Numbered from the stretch's first letter, positions 29,733 to 39,482 are shown. The stretch: 64,000 nucleotides of DNA from an uncultured Flavobacteriales bacterium (GCA_913058295.1 CAJXRD010000007.1:15771-79770); one strand, 5' to 3'. Numbers and translations are program-made. Notes: generated by a model not told the origin, from the sequence alone.

Positions 29733-29745
29733 TAAAACACTGATA
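29733..29745 (-). promoter_or_regulatory. IHF-like binding site
   Basis: Minus strand TATCAG-TGTT-TTA matches the WATCAR-N4-TTR consensus. Lies between the UAS sites and the -24/-12 box. Confidence 0.5.
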
Positions 29746-29773
29746 TTGTGATATATAACAAATTTTACTTTTT

Positions 29774-29788
29774 TGGCACATCGATTGA
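29774..29788 (+). promoter_or_regulatory. Sigma-54 (-24/-12) promoter TGGCAC-ATCGA-TTGA
   Basis: Correct GG-N10 spacing. The -12 element is GA instead of GC. Points toward the small ORFs and the exporter. Confidence 0.7.
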
Positions 29789-29832
29789 AAAGGGTTTATC
29801 AGAAATCATTTAATAAATAAAATATAGAAATT

Positions 29833-29919
29833 ATGAGAACTTTAAACAACAATCAATTATCAGGAACAACAAGAAGCACTAAAAGTTTTGTTTGGAATAG
29901 CAAAAGAAGCTTTAGATAA
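29833..29919 (+). CDS. Unannotated 28-aa cationic peptide MRTLNNNQLSGTTRSTKSFVWNSKRSFR
   Basis: First ATG after the sigma-54 box, with an A-rich leader. TAA at 29917-29919. Confidence 0.55.
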   Translation: MRTLNNNQLSGTTRSTKSFVWNSKRSFR

Positions 29920-29959
29920 AATTCCATTTAAAAAACTAATCAATCAAAAAACGAGCATT

Positions 29960-30076
29960 ATGACAACATCTATTTTAAATACTCAAATTGAACAAAAAAA
30001 TTTAGGTTTTTTATTAAATATAGAAATCAGTAAAAGATCGCGTTGGTCAAAATTAAACATTCGTCAATCAAACTAA
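29960..30076 (+). CDS. Unannotated 38-aa peptide MTTSILNTQIEQKNLGFLLNIEISKRSRWSKLNIRQSN
   Basis: ATG at 29960 after AATCAATCAAAAAACGAGCATT. It is the 3' part of the track ORF 29888..30076. Confidence 0.55.
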   Translation: MTTSILNTQIEQKNLGFLLNIEISKRSRWSKLNIRQSN

Positions 30077-30090
30077 TAAAATCAATCAAA

Positions 30091-30156
30091 ATGATATCCA
30101 TAATTATCGCAATCGCAAATTTTATTCTAAAAACAGTTCTACCCTTTTTATTTTAA
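30091..30156 (+). CDS. Unannotated 21-aa hydrophobic peptide MISIIIAIANFILKTVLPFLF
   Basis: ATG at 30091 after AAAATCAATCAAA. TAA at 30154-30156. Confidence 0.5.
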   Translation: MISIIIAIANFILKTVLPFLF

Positions 30157-30196
30157 AAACATAACAATAACAACAATCAACAATTAAATCACCGCC

Positions 30197-31456
30197 ATGA
30201 AGCAACTGGGAATGGATAAAAGAATAGAAAAAAAGAGTTGGAACCGAACTAAGACCTTATACCTAGCGGGTATAATAGTATTTATCATACTTGCCTTTTT
30301 TGGTTTTAAAACTATGAATAGAAAGATCTATAAAATAGATGAGTCTAGAATAACCGTAAAGAAAGTAACTGCAGGAGATTTTCAAGATGTCATCCTTATC
30401 GATGGAGATGTAGAACCTATAAACCTTGTATTGGTAAATACGCTAGAAGGTGGTATTGTAGAAGAGATATTTATAGAGGATGGAATTTTTGTTGAAAAAG
30501 GAACTCCAATATTATTGCTTAGTAATCCAGCAGTAACCTTGAATTATATGAACCAAGAAACTGCAATTATTGAACAAATTAACAACCTGAGAAGTTTAAA
30601 GCTTTCTTTAGAAAAAGACCAAAGAGATTTAAATGAATCCTTGATCGATAGTGAAAATAGCTTGGCTGATGAAGAACGTTCTTATAAGGTAGATTCCGTA
30701 TTATATACTAAAGATGTTATTGCGAGGAATGACTATGTGGACAGACAGGAATCTTATAAGTACTTAAAAAACAAGCGTGATTTTATGGAGAATAACGTGA
30801 ATAAAAGCGCCAAGGATAATAGAATTCAAATTCAACAAATCAATACTTCTATTTCATTGATGCAGCGAAATTTAGAATTCATTCACGAAAATATTGAAAA
30901 GATGTTGGTACGTGCTCCTGTTTCTGGAATGTTATCTTCTTTCGATCCTGTGATTGGAGAATCCTATATTCAAAATCAAACCGTTGCTAAAATTGATGTT
31001 CAGTCAGGATTTAAAATAAAAGGACAGGTAGACGAATATTATCTAAGTATGGTGAAACCAGGACAACTGGCACGCTTTTCTTTCGATGGAAATCTAATCG
31101 ATTTAAAAGTAAAAAAAGTACTTCCTGAGGTAGTCAACAGACGTTTTGAAATAGAGCTAGTATTTGTTGAAGATGCACCCGAATCGGTTACCATTGGACA
31201 ATCTTTACAAGTAAGATTGGAATTATCTAAAGCACAGAAATCATTATTGATCCCTAGAGGAAGTTATTTTCAATCTTCAGGAGGACAATTTGTATATGTA
31301 CTAGATGGAAATAATGAAGCCCACAAACGCTATATCAAGTTGGGAAGTCAAAACCCAAGTTACTATCAAGTATTAGAAGGATTAAGTGAAGGTGAAGAAT
31401 TGATTACCTCCTCTTATGATGCATATAAAAATTACGAATCAATCAAAATAAATTAA
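30197..31456 (+). CDS. Efflux periplasmic adaptor (membrane fusion protein, MacA-like)
   Basis: N-terminal TM, lipoyl halves (EGGIVEEIFIEDG; VRAPVSG), coiled-coil hairpin, LLIPRG, VLEGLSEGEELIT. Confidence 0.93.
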   Translation: MKQLGMDKRIEKKSWNRTKTLYLAGIIVFIILAFFGFKTMNRKIYKIDESRITVKKVTAGDFQDVILIDGDVEPINLVLVNTLEGGIVEEIFIEDGIFVEKGTPILLLSNPAVTLNYMNQETAIIEQINNLRSLKLSLEKDQRDLNESLIDSENSLADEERSYKVDSVLYTKDVIARNDYVDRQESYKYLKNKRDFMENNVNKSAKDNRIQIQQINTSISLMQRNLEFIHENIEKMLVRAPVSGMLSSFDPVIGESYIQNQTVAKIDVQSGFKIKGQVDEYYLSMVKPGQLARFSFDGNLIDLKVKKVLPEVVNRRFEIELVFVEDAPESVTIGQSLQVRLELSKAQKSLLIPRGSYFQSSGGQFVYVLDGNNEAHKRYIKLGSQNPSYYQVLEGLSEGEELITSSYDAYKNYESIKIN

Positions 31457-31473
31457 TATAAAAATCAAAAATC

Positions 31474-32169
31474 ATGATCAAATTAAGCAATTTATCAAAA
31501 GTGTACAGAACGGACGAAATTGAATCGACCGCATTAAATGAAGTTTCCTTTGAAATTAATGAAGGAGAGTTTGTATCCATCATGGGACCTTCAGGTTGTG
31601 GAAAGTCTACCCTACTTAATATTTTGGGAATGTTAGATAAACCAGAAAGTGGATCTTATCAGTTTTTAGATAATGAAGTAGCACAACTAAAGGAAAAGGA
31701 ACGTTCTGATGTTCGTAAAAAGAATATTGGTTTCATATTCCAAAACTTTAATTTGATCGATGAATTGACCGTTTTTGAAAATATTGAATTGCCATTGCTT
31801 TACAATAAAGTAAATTCTTCAGAACGTAAGAAAAGAGTGAATGAGCTTATTGAAAAAATAGGAATCTCGCATAGAGCATCACATTATCCACAACAACTTT
31901 CTGGAGGACAACAACAGCGTGTTGCCGTAGCTCGTGCTTTAATCACAAAGCCACCATTAATTTTAGCAGATGAGCCTACAGGTAATCTAGATAGCTCTCA
32001 TGGTAATGAAGTGATGGAATTGATGTGTGAATTAAATGAAGCAGGAACAACCATCATCATGGTGACACACTCTGCACACGATGCAAGTTATTCTAATAGA
32101 ATTATCAATTTATTAGATGGACAAGTTGTATCTGAAAAGAAAAGTAAATCGGTACAGGCTGCCATATAA
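31474..32169 (+). CDS. ABC transporter ATP-binding protein (MacB/LolD type)
   Basis: [37 protein letters not shown]. Confidence 0.96.
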   Translation: MIKLSNLSKVYRTDEIESTALNEVSFEINEGEFVSIMGPSGCGKSTLLNILGMLDKPESGSYQFLDNEVAQLKEKERSDVRKKNIGFIFQNFNLIDELTVFENIELPLLYNKVNSSERKKRVNELIEKIGISHRASHYPQQLSGGQQQRVAVARALITKPPLILADEPTGNLDSSHGNEVMELMCELNEAGTTIIMVTHSAHDASYSNRIINLLDGQVVSEKKSKSVQAAI

Positions 32170-32186
32170 TCCTAAAAAAAGAAAAA

Positions 32187-34592
32187 ATGTTTAAAAATTA
32201 TTTAAAAGTAGCCTTTAGAAGCCTCAACAAGAACAGAGTCTATTCCGTAATCAATATTTTAGGTTTGGCATTAGGCTTAACGGTAACCATTCTCGTTTTT
32301 ATGTTTATTAAAGATGAAACTAGTTATGAAAAACATTGGGATGGATATGAACGTGTTTATAGAACCGGAATAAAAGCGGATATGATGGGGCAGAAAATGG
32401 ATGCTCCAGTATCGCCAAGTCCTATGGCAAATGCACTACGAACCGAATTTACCGATGTAGAAACTGCCACTAGAATTAATACGATTAACCAAGAGATCAT
32501 GATGCGTCATGAGCAAACCAAAGTATATATACAAAAAGGAGTCTATGCAGACAGCACCTTCTTTAAAATATTTAACTATGAATTTGTTCATGGGGATCCA
32601 AATACGGTTTTAAAAGAAGATAATGCCATCGTTTTGACTGAAGAAACTGCCCGTAAATTATTTGGTGACAAAAGTGCTTTGGGAGAACTGGTTAATTATG
32701 ATAATAGACAAGACTATGTAGTTAAAGGGATTGTAAAGGAACCAAAAGGACATGCACATTTTCATTTTGATATGTTTATGGCTCAAAATAGTATTCGAAA
32801 TGTATGGATGCAAAATAATTTCCACACCTATGTGAAACTGAAAGAAGGTGCAGATTATACTGCTTTTGAAACGGAAATGAAACGTAACTTTATTAAAAAG
32901 ATCGAACCCGATGTGGAGCGATTCTTAAAAATTACGGTAGAAAAGTTTTTTGAGCAAGGCAACGCTTTCGAATATCAATTACAACCTTTAAAAGACATCC
33001 ATTTGTATTCGCATAAAGACTGGGAAATTGAACAAAATGGAAATATTATTTATATCTATGTGTTTATAGGTATTGCCTTATTGGTAATTTTAATAGCAGG
33101 GATTAATTTTATGAATTTATCCACTGCGAGAGCGGGTAAAAGAGCCAAAGAAGTTGGAGTTCGTAAGGTTACGGGTGCATCCAGAAAAATGTTGATTGTA
33201 CAGTTTTTAACCGAATCGATCATACAAAGCTTTATAGCACTTTTCTTAGCATTTATTTTGGTAGAATTGTTTTTACCAGGATTTAATAATATTATGGAGA
33301 CCAACCTGTATCTTTTTAATGATCATTTAGGAATGACCTTAGCTTTTTCTTTAGGAGTTACCTTGTTTTATGGATTGTTTGCAGGAAGTTATCCAGCATT
33401 CTTCCTCTCTGCTTTTCAACCTATAGCCGTATTAAAGGGAGATCTTACTAAAACTAAAGGAGGTACCTTATTAAGAAAATCTTTGGTTGTAATTCAATTT
33501 ACAGCTTCCACCATTTTAATTATTGGAATGATCATTATTTTTAAACAAATCTCATTCTTGCAAAATAAAGACATTGGATTTAATGGAGATCAGGTATTAG
33601 TGGTACCAATTCAAACAGATCCTATGGTAGAAAATTTCAGAAATTATAAAGACATTTTCTTAAAGAACAGCAATGTGTTAAGTGTTACTAGAGCTGACTA
33701 TTACCCTGGAGACACCCCTAACCAAAACATGTATGCTGTAGAAGGGAATGAAGAGCAGTTTCCTTTATGGAATTTGGGAGTTGACTATGATTTTTTCAAA
33801 ACCTTAAATGTGGAACTTCTGGAAGGAAGAAAATTTGAAAGAGAAAAAGAATCGGACTCTATCCCCTATTTTATTATAAATGAAACTGCTGTAAAGACTT
33901 TAAATTTAGAAAATACGGTAGGAACGAGACTTGGAACATTTATAAATCAAAACGGAGATATGGCTTATGGAAATATTATCGGTATCGTAAAAGATTTTCA
34001 TATAGAAGGATTTAACCAACCTATTCGACCTATGGTATTATCGATTAGCAATAATTTATGGTTTGCATCCTTTAAAATTGCGCCAAACGATATGAGTGCT
34101 ACTGTAGATTTTATTGAAAACGAATGGAATAAACTAGAACCTACGCATCCGTTTCGATATACCTATTTAGATCAGAAATTTGGAGCCTTATTACGACAAC
34201 AAGAGAATTTTGGAACCATGTTTCTATTCTTAACCATTCTTGCTATTATTATTTCAGCAATGGGATTATATGGCTTGGCTTCGTATACCGCCGAGCAAAG
34301 AACCAAAGAGATAGGAATACGAAAAGTATTGGGAGCTTCAGTTTCACAGATTATGAATATGCTTACCAAAGATTTTATCAAGTTGGTATTAATAGCTAAT
34401 ATTTTCGCTTGGCCTATCACCTATTTATTGGCTAAGAATTGGTTAACCAATTTTTCCTATCAAATAGATATGCCCATTATGCCATTTATTTTTGCAACCA
34501 TATTAGCATTGATAATCGCTATAATAACGGTGAGTTCTCAAGCTTATTTAGCTGCGAATTCAGATCCAGTAAAAGCATTGAAGTATGAATAG
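32187..34592 (+). CDS. ABC permease with duplicated MacB-PCD/FtsX modules
   Basis: Two FtsX halves: RAKEVGVRKVTGAS and RTKEIGIRKVLGAS. Ends in ANSDPVKALKYE. Confidence 0.95.
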   Translation: MFKNYLKVAFRSLNKNRVYSVINILGLALGLTVTILVFMFIKDETSYEKHWDGYERVYRTGIKADMMGQKMDAPVSPSPMANALRTEFTDVETATRINTINQEIMMRHEQTKVYIQKGVYADSTFFKIFNYEFVHGDPNTVLKEDNAIVLTEETARKLFGDKSALGELVNYDNRQDYVVKGIVKEPKGHAHFHFDMFMAQNSIRNVWMQNNFHTYVKLKEGADYTAFETEMKRNFIKKIEPDVERFLKITVEKFFEQGNAFEYQLQPLKDIHLYSHKDWEIEQNGNIIYIYVFIGIALLVILIAGINFMNLSTARAGKRAKEVGVRKVTGASRKMLIVQFLTESIIQSFIALFLAFILVELFLPGFNNIMETNLYLFNDHLGMTLAFSLGVTLFYGLFAGSYPAFFLSAFQPIAVLKGDLTKTKGGTLLRKSLVVIQFTASTILIIGMIIIFKQISFLQNKDIGFNGDQVLVVPIQTDPMVENFRNYKDIFLKNSNVLSVTRADYYPGDTPNQNMYAVEGNEEQFPLWNLGVDYDFFKTLNVELLEGRKFEREKESDSIPYFIINETAVKTLNLENTVGTRLGTFINQNGDMAYGNIIGIVKDFHIEGFNQPIRPMVLSISNNLWFASFKIAPNDMSATVDFIENEWNKLEPTHPFRYTYLDQKFGALLRQQENFGTMFLFLTILAIIISAMGLYGLASYTAEQRTKEIGIRKVLGASVSQIMNMLTKDFIKLVLIANIFAWPITYLLAKNWLTNFSYQIDMPIMPFIFATILALIIAIITVSSQAYLAANSDPVKALKYE

Positions 34593-34614
34593 TGAATAGA
34601 AAAGTTAATGTGAG

Positions 34615-34644
34615 AAAGCTCTTGAGAAATCAAGGGCTTTTTTT
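34615..34644 (+). terminator. Intrinsic terminator of the exporter operon
   Basis: AAAGCTCTTGA-GAAA-TCAAGGGCTTT followed by a T run. Confidence 0.8.
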
Positions 34645-34728
34645 GTTATTAAATCCCAAATCAACAATCTCCAATCTTTCTCCGTTAATAACCCTTCAAT
34701 AACAAGCATTCTCTCTTTACAAGACAAT

Positions 34729-35697
34729 CTACAAATCGGATAAAACACTATTCATCAAATTTAGGTTGTAGCTATTTATTTTTTGGTGTGAAGGCATCCA
34801 GCCTAATAAAAACCTGGTGAAATCTGTACATGCAATGGGATACATTTTTCTCCATTCCTGTTCAAATTCTTCGAAATCAATAAAAAATGTACTAGATTCA
34901 AGGGATTGTTTTAATTCAGAAAAATAGAATTCCAAAAGCTCGTCTTGATATAATTCACTTTCAGAATTGGAAAGGCAACTTCCTAAAAAGTAGGCAACAT
35001 CTTTCATTCCGCAACCACCACCAACATATTGAAAATCTACCGCAGCAACATTTTCGCCATTTTCAGAAAAACAAAAATTAGCAAGTTTTGCATCTCCGTG
35101 AACAATGGTTTGGTACTTGCATTGGCTTAATAAATCATCTATTAATGATGCCTTAGATTTTAACTCTTCATTTTTAATATTTTTAAATTCATCTGGTCGA
35201 GTTTTCAAATGCCAATAAGTACCAACATCCCATAAACCCTTAGGTTCGTGGAATAAGAAAGTAGCATGAAAATTTGCTAACCATTTTAAACAAACTTTAA
35301 CCTCTAATAAATTAAGTTGTTGTTTTCGTAAGGGAAAATTCACATTTAAATCTTCCAAAACAATCCATTGGTTATTACCTTCAGAAAATGAACCAACTAG
35401 TTCTGGAACTTTACAATTATTGATACATTGCTGACTCCATTTTTCATACCAATACGTTTCCACTTTATAAGACTTAACCTTTCTATCGTGAGAGTATTCA
35501 GTATTCCAACCTCTTGGATGTTCATTGACTTGATTTAAAGATATAAATTTTACTACAACTGAATTAAGTGATGCCTTGTGTAATTGATAACGAGAAATCC
35601 TACCATAATCGCTCCACAAAGATTGAATGATTTCAATTTCTTCACAGGCAGTTGCTTTGGTAACTTTTAAAAGGTAGTCTTTAAAATCTGAATTCAT
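34729..35697 (-). CDS. APH/choline/ecdysteroid-kinase-like phosphotransferase
   Basis: VHGDAKLANF and AVDFQYVG catalytic motifs, plus VVVK and VLEDL. Confidence 0.85.
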   Translation of the reverse strand: MNSDFKDYLLKVTKATACEEIEIIQSLWSDYGRISRYQLHKASLNSVVVKFISLNQVNEHPRGWNTEYSHDRKVKSYKVETYWYEKWSQQCINNCKVPELVGSFSEGNNQWIVLEDLNVNFPLRKQQLNLLEVKVCLKWLANFHATFLFHEPKGLWDVGTYWHLKTRPDEFKNIKNEELKSKASLIDDLLSQCKYQTIVHGDAKLANFCFSENGENVAAVDFQYVGGGCGMKDVAYFLGSCLSNSESELYQDELLEFYFSELKQSLESSTFFIDFEEFEQEWRKMYPIACTDFTRFLLGWMPSHQKINSYNLNLMNSVLSDL

Positions 35698-35877
35698 GAG
35701 TTAAAGCCTCTTTTATAGCGAATGTAGTATAAAAGTAATATTAAATCATAAAGATATCATTTATTTTAAAAAGGGAAAATTAAGCCCTAGATCTTTTAAA
35801 ATTCTTATCTTGTTTACATAGGTAGGAGATTGTAAATTTAAGTCGCCAAACAAACATTTGAGAAAAAAATACGCAAA

Positions 35878-36369
35878 ATGAAAACAGTTATAATTTCAGG
35901 AAGTTCGAGAAATGATGGAGATACCAAAGCTCTAACAAATGAACTGATAAAAAAATCAGATTGGGATTTGATAAACTTGAACGATTACAACTTCGGATAT
36001 TATGATTATGAATATCAAAATAAAAATGATGACTATATTAAGTTACTGCGAAAAATAATTGAAAAATATGATACACTGGTTTTTGCAACACCTGTTTACT
36101 GGTACTCCATGAGCGGTATTATGAAAGTGTTTTTTGATAGAATAACTGATTTATTAGAAATTGAAAAAGATCTTGGACGAAAATTAAGAGGAAAAAATAT
36201 GGCGGCGATTAGTTGTTCTATAGGAAACAATTTAGGGGATATTTTTTGGCTTCCATTTTCTGAAACTGCAAATTATTTGGGAATGGAATATCTTGGGAGT
36301 TTACATATGATTACAGGAAAGAAAAACGATTTGGAATTAGAGAATTTTATTAGCCTAATTGAAAAATAA
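35878..36369 (+). CDS. NADPH-dependent FMN reductase / flavodoxin-like protein
   Basis: GSSRNDGDT and FATPVYWYSMSGIMKVFFDR. Confidence 0.9.
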   Translation: MKTVIISGSSRNDGDTKALTNELIKKSDWDLINLNDYNFGYYDYEYQNKNDDYIKLLRKIIEKYDTLVFATPVYWYSMSGIMKVFFDRITDLLEIEKDLGRKLRGKNMAAISCSIGNNLGDIFWLPFSETANYLGMEYLGSLHMITGKKNDLELENFISLIEK

Positions 36370-36562
36370 AAGCATGCAGTAACGACAAAATAATAACAAA
36401 AGCCCTTATGCTTCATTTGAAAAACCTATTTAACTTACATAAATATCGATGATGAGTTGCCTTTAAAGGGTTTTAGCGAAACCCCAATACTTCCCTCCTT
36501 TTTGTTATCTTTAGTCTCTATGTAAAAACAAGCTAAATTTAAACCCTAAAAACCCAATCATT

Positions 36563-37816
36563 ATGATCAAAAACATACTGTTTCTTTTTGCATTTTTCAT
36601 TAATTTTTTTGCAATAAATGCCCAAAATACGGTGATTAAAGCAGGTCATTTTTTCGATGCTCGAAACGGTGAAATGTTGGAGAATCAAATTATAATTGTT
36701 AAGGATAGAAAGATAATAGAAGTTGGAGCCAATCCAAAATTTAGTGAAACAGATAGTATCATTGATCTATCCAATTCATGGGTATTACCAGGACTTATGG
36801 ACTGCCATGTTCATATAACTGCTAACTTGCCATATAGAAATCTTCAGATGGAACAGATGTACGCAAGTGAAAGTACATCTCTCCGTGCAATAAGGGGTAC
36901 AGTTGTTGCCAAACAGTTTTTAGACAATGGGTTTACGACTATTAAAGAAATTGGTAATGATGCAAACTACGCCACTGCAGATATCATCAAAGCAATTAAG
37001 AAAGGTTGGATTCAGGGCCCTACTATTATATATACAGGTAAAATTATTGCGCCTTATGGCGGGCAGTCTAGTGGTGTAAACCCCGAACATGAATATTATT
37101 GGAATTTTGAATATATAGATGCAGATACACCAGATGAAATAAAGAAAGCGGTTAGAAAGAATATTTATAACGGTGCCAATGTGATTAAAATGGTAACTGG
37201 TGACAATGGGATTTATAATGCTGAAGATATTAAAGCAGCAGTTGACGAAGCTAAAAAATACAACATAAAAGTTACCGTTCACGCGGCTGGAGGTTTAGCT
37301 GCAACCAATGTAATTTCAGGAGATGCAGCTGCCATCGAACATGGATTTCAATTAGACAATGAACAGCTTCAATTAATGAAAGATAAAGAGATATTTTTAG
37401 TGGGTACAGACTTTTCTTATGATAATTGGTATGCTTATGGCATGGATTCAGAAACAGCAACAGCATTAAATAATATGCTTGTGGACAGACTTAAAAGAGC
37501 ATATAAAATTGGAACACCAATGGCTTTTGGGACAGATATTATTGTTGATCTCCCAGAGTTAAATCGAGTAGAGTCCAGTCTTAAAGTATTAGAAACGTGG
37601 AAAGCAGCAGAAATACCGGCTTCCTATATTTTGCAAACCATGACTATTAATGCAGCTGAACTTTTAGGAATTGATAAAGAAAGAGGAATTTTAGAGCCTT
37701 CTTATTATGCAGACATAATCGCTGTTAAAAACAATCCTCTCGAAGATATTGAGTCTATTAATACCGTTCATTTTGTAATGAAAGAGGGCGAAATAATTAG
37801 GGATGATAAAGAATAA
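36563..37816 (+). CDS. Secreted metal-dependent amidohydrolase (Xaa-Pro dipeptidase-like)
   Basis: Signal peptide, PGLMDCHVH, IKMV, VHA, IEHG, FGTD. Confidence 0.88.
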   Translation: MIKNILFLFAFFINFFAINAQNTVIKAGHFFDARNGEMLENQIIIVKDRKIIEVGANPKFSETDSIIDLSNSWVLPGLMDCHVHITANLPYRNLQMEQMYASESTSLRAIRGTVVAKQFLDNGFTTIKEIGNDANYATADIIKAIKKGWIQGPTIIYTGKIIAPYGGQSSGVNPEHEYYWNFEYIDADTPDEIKKAVRKNIYNGANVIKMVTGDNGIYNAEDIKAAVDEAKKYNIKVTVHAAGGLAATNVISGDAAAIEHGFQLDNEQLQLMKDKEIFLVGTDFSYDNWYAYGMDSETATALNNMLVDRLKRAYKIGTPMAFGTDIIVDLPELNRVESSLKVLETWKAAEIPASYILQTMTINAAELLGIDKERGILEPSYYADIIAVKNNPLEDIESINTVHFVMKEGEIIRDDKE

Positions 37817-37850
37817 ATGCATAATACCTTTACACACAAAATAAAACCAG

Positions 37851-38186
37851 ATGAAAAAAAATTTTACCATTTTAGCAATTATCGTAGTATCATTAAATGC
37901 TATAGCACAAAAAGTCTATTCGGTAGATGCAGATTACAAAGCAGATGTTAAAGTTTTTGTAGTAGACGCAGATTACAAGGCGGATCTTTTAGTTTATAAA
38001 GTTAGTGCAGATTATAAAGCCAAAGGTAATGAGGGCAAATGGTTTTTTACGGATGCTGACTATAAGGCTAAAAAGAAAATATATTTTGTAGATGCAGATT
38101 ATAAAGCAGATCTAAAGATTTTCTTTGTAGAATCGGATTATAAATCAGGTTGGAAAAAAAGCTCAAAAATTCATTTAATGTATTGA
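37851..38186 (+). CDS. Secreted small repeat protein with (D/S)ADYKA repeats (DUF6150-like)
   Basis: Signal peptide, five ADYKA repeats and one degenerate SDYKS, separated by short hydrophobic beta strands. Confidence 0.75.
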   Translation: MKKNFTILAIIVVSLNAIAQKVYSVDADYKADVKVFVVDADYKADLLVYKVSADYKAKGNEGKWFFTDADYKAKKKIYFVDADYKADLKIFFVESDYKSGWKKSSKIHLMY

Positions 38187-38291
38187 AATTGTCATGACAC
38201 TCTTTGAAAGAGTTTCTTTCATTATACTAACTTAGTGCCAATACAAAAAACCATACTCAAATGCAGTATGCTTTATTATAATCTATAACCT

Positions 38292-39437
38292 ATGGACTTA
38301 ATAAATAATCCGATTTATGTATTAGCGACATTATGCTTTATGGTTATTTTAGCAGTGTATACTGGGAAAACTAAGTATGGCAAACAGTTTGGTGCAGCTC
38401 TATTGGTTATTATATTCTCAGCCATATTAGCAAATTTCAAAATTATTCCTTCTGCCTCCAATAGTATTCCATTGTATCATGGTATTTTTAAATATGTTGC
38501 TCCAATTTCTATTTTTTACTTATTGCTAAACGTTAATTTAACTTCTATTAAACGAGCAGGATTACCAATGATTGGCTTGTTTTTAATTGGTTCTCTAGCA
38601 ACTACAATAGGTATTCTCGCTTCTTGGTTTATGCTAACACCAGAAAGTGTTTTAGGTGAAGATGGGAAAGTCATAGCAGGTATGCTTACAGGCACATACA
38701 CAGGAGGTAGTGTCAATTTTAATGCTGTGGCATTACAATATGACTTTCAAGAAAAAGGAGCCTTATATGCTGGAACCATTGCAGTAGACAATGTGGTTAC
38801 TACCCTATGGATTATTGTAACTCTAGCATTTCCTATTCTTATAAAACGTTTTTGGAAAGGCAAAACAAATTTAAAATCCCAAATATCCAAAGAAAACAAA
38901 GAGCATCATCCAGAAGATGAAAATATCGATTCAATTTCGCTCATGTGGCTGCTTTTTTTTGGTCTTGCTGCTTATTTTGTATCTGATGTTATTAAAGAGT
39001 TGGTACCACAAATTCCTTCCATTGTAACCCTATCTACTATTGGTATCCTCTTAGCCCAAACAAAGTTTGTTGCAAACTTAAAAGGTAGTCATACTTTAGG
39101 CTTGTATTTGGTGTATTTATTTTTGGCCGTAATTGGAGCTTATTGTGAGCTTATAGCTGTAATAGAACTTAAAGAGCTTGGCATTACCTTATTGTTCTTT
39201 GCAGGATCTGCCGTTTTAATACATGGCATTATTATAATACTTTTAGGAGGTTTGTTTTATCGGGACTGGGAAATGATAGCAATTATTAGTCAAGCCAATA
39301 TTGGCGGTAGTACAACAGCTATCGCCTTAGCAGAATCGTTTAACCGAAAAGAATTAATATTACCAGCAATATTGGTAGGTTCCTTAGGAAATGCTTTAGG
39401 TACCTATTTAGGCTTTTTTATGATTTATATTCTTTGA
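38292..39437 (+). CDS. DUF819 family membrane protein
   Basis: GTYTGGSVNF, SQANIGG.TTA and GNALGTYLG motifs, multiple TM helices. Confidence 0.88.
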   Translation: MDLINNPIYVLATLCFMVILAVYTGKTKYGKQFGAALLVIIFSAILANFKIIPSASNSIPLYHGIFKYVAPISIFYLLLNVNLTSIKRAGLPMIGLFLIGSLATTIGILASWFMLTPESVLGEDGKVIAGMLTGTYTGGSVNFNAVALQYDFQEKGALYAGTIAVDNVVTTLWIIVTLAFPILIKRFWKGKTNLKSQISKENKEHHPEDENIDSISLMWLLFFGLAAYFVSDVIKELVPQIPSIVTLSTIGILLAQTKFVANLKGSHTLGLYLVYLFLAVIGAYCELIAVIELKELGITLLFFAGSAVLIHGIIIILLGGLFYRDWEMIAIISQANIGGSTTAIALAESFNRKELILPAILVGSLGNALGTYLGFFMIYIL

Positions 39438-39482
39438 AATAAATTGAATAATAAACAACGAAACTTATACTATACAAATACA

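Noticed and set aside
29888-29959. TTG-started 62-aa ORF from the track
   Set aside because: It overlaps micro-ORF P1 out of frame and lacks an A-rich leader. The ATG at 29960 has a much better initiation context.
36446-36485. Hammerhead-ribozyme-like ATGATGAG...GCGAAAC
   Set aside because: The core reads AUGAUGA rather than CUGANGA, stem II pairing is poor, and stems I and III cannot be formed.
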